Shown here piece by piece: positions 63,948 through 64,000 of a stretch of DNA of 64,000 nucleotides. Within the stretch, counting starts at the first letter, position 1; the number at the start of each line of letters is the position of its first letter. A program made the position numbers and the translations under genes. Source of the DNA: a virus; IMG/VR virus record IMGVR_UViG_3300048014_000353, positions 64,001-128,000 of that record; one strand, given 5' to 3'. Below the pieces are notes generated by a model. The model made no database searches, was not told where the DNA came from, and worked only from the letters and a program-made list of their open reading frames with translations.

Positions 63948-64000
63948 GGGACGTTAGCACCAAGGTGGTGCGGCCGGCTTTTACCCGGCACGAGGCGTGT
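63948..64000 (+). tRNA. tRNA-Lys(UUU), truncated by the window end
   Basis: GGGACGT-TA-GCAC(D loop with GG)GTGC-G-GCCGG-CTTTTAC-CCGGC-ACGAG-GCGTG-T; T loop and 3' acceptor strand fall outside the window. Confidence 0.75.

Larger units (their letters stand above)
1..64000 (+). mobile_element. Tailed phage/prophage segment with Mu-like myovirus head and contractile tail module
   Basis: Continuous + strand run of terminase, DUF935-type portal, Mu I-type protease, capsid, sheath, tube, tape measure, baseplate, fibres and endolysin, with many ATGA/GTGA-coupled genes; no host housekeeping genes seen. Confidence 0.95.

Noticed and set aside
63431-63991. ORFs 63431..63991 (-), 63456..63746 (+) and 63603..63908 (-)
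   Set aside because: They overlap tRNAs and hairpins, lack the genome's codon bias and have no RBS
1-64000. CRISPR array, integrase/transposase, att sites, replication genes
   Set aside because: No regularly spaced repeats and no recognisable recombinase, DDE transposase, primase or polymerase motifs; lifestyle and genome ends cannot be determined from this window

Overview
The whole window reads as one GC-rich (roughly 70%, by eye) tailed phage or prophage genome segment with a Mu-like contractile-tail morphogenesis module. The host is probably a myxobacterium (Polyangiales-like), inferred from Ala/Pro/'DAG'-rich lipoproteins and a MYXO-CTERM-like tail. Layout: small early genes with two families of paired promoter/operators, a ParB-HTH gene and a DUF488-like gene (1-5.3 kb). 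An adenine-methyltransferase-like/ParB pair then precedes terminase small and large subunits, a DUF935-type portal with a fused ParB domain, a Nudix-protease-scaffold fusion and TWO major capsid paralogues (5.3-18 kb). Next come neck genes, a sheath, TWO tail tube paralogues split by an antisense HNH endonuclease, a chaperone with a -1 frameshift, tape measure, and baseplate and fibre genes sharing a ~60-aa module present 10 times in 7 proteins (18-47.7 kb). A block of exported proteins and lipoproteins with a papain-like protease follows (47.7-56.7 kb), then guanylate kinase, an NDT-like protein, a HEXXH protein, a metallophosphoesterase, a GH25 endolysin, an Acb2/Tad1-like sponge protein, a structured non-coding region and two tRNAs (Tyr-GUA, and Lys-UUU cut by the window end). 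No integrase, transposase, replication gene or CRISPR array is visible. Family assignments come from motif recognition only; no database searches were run.
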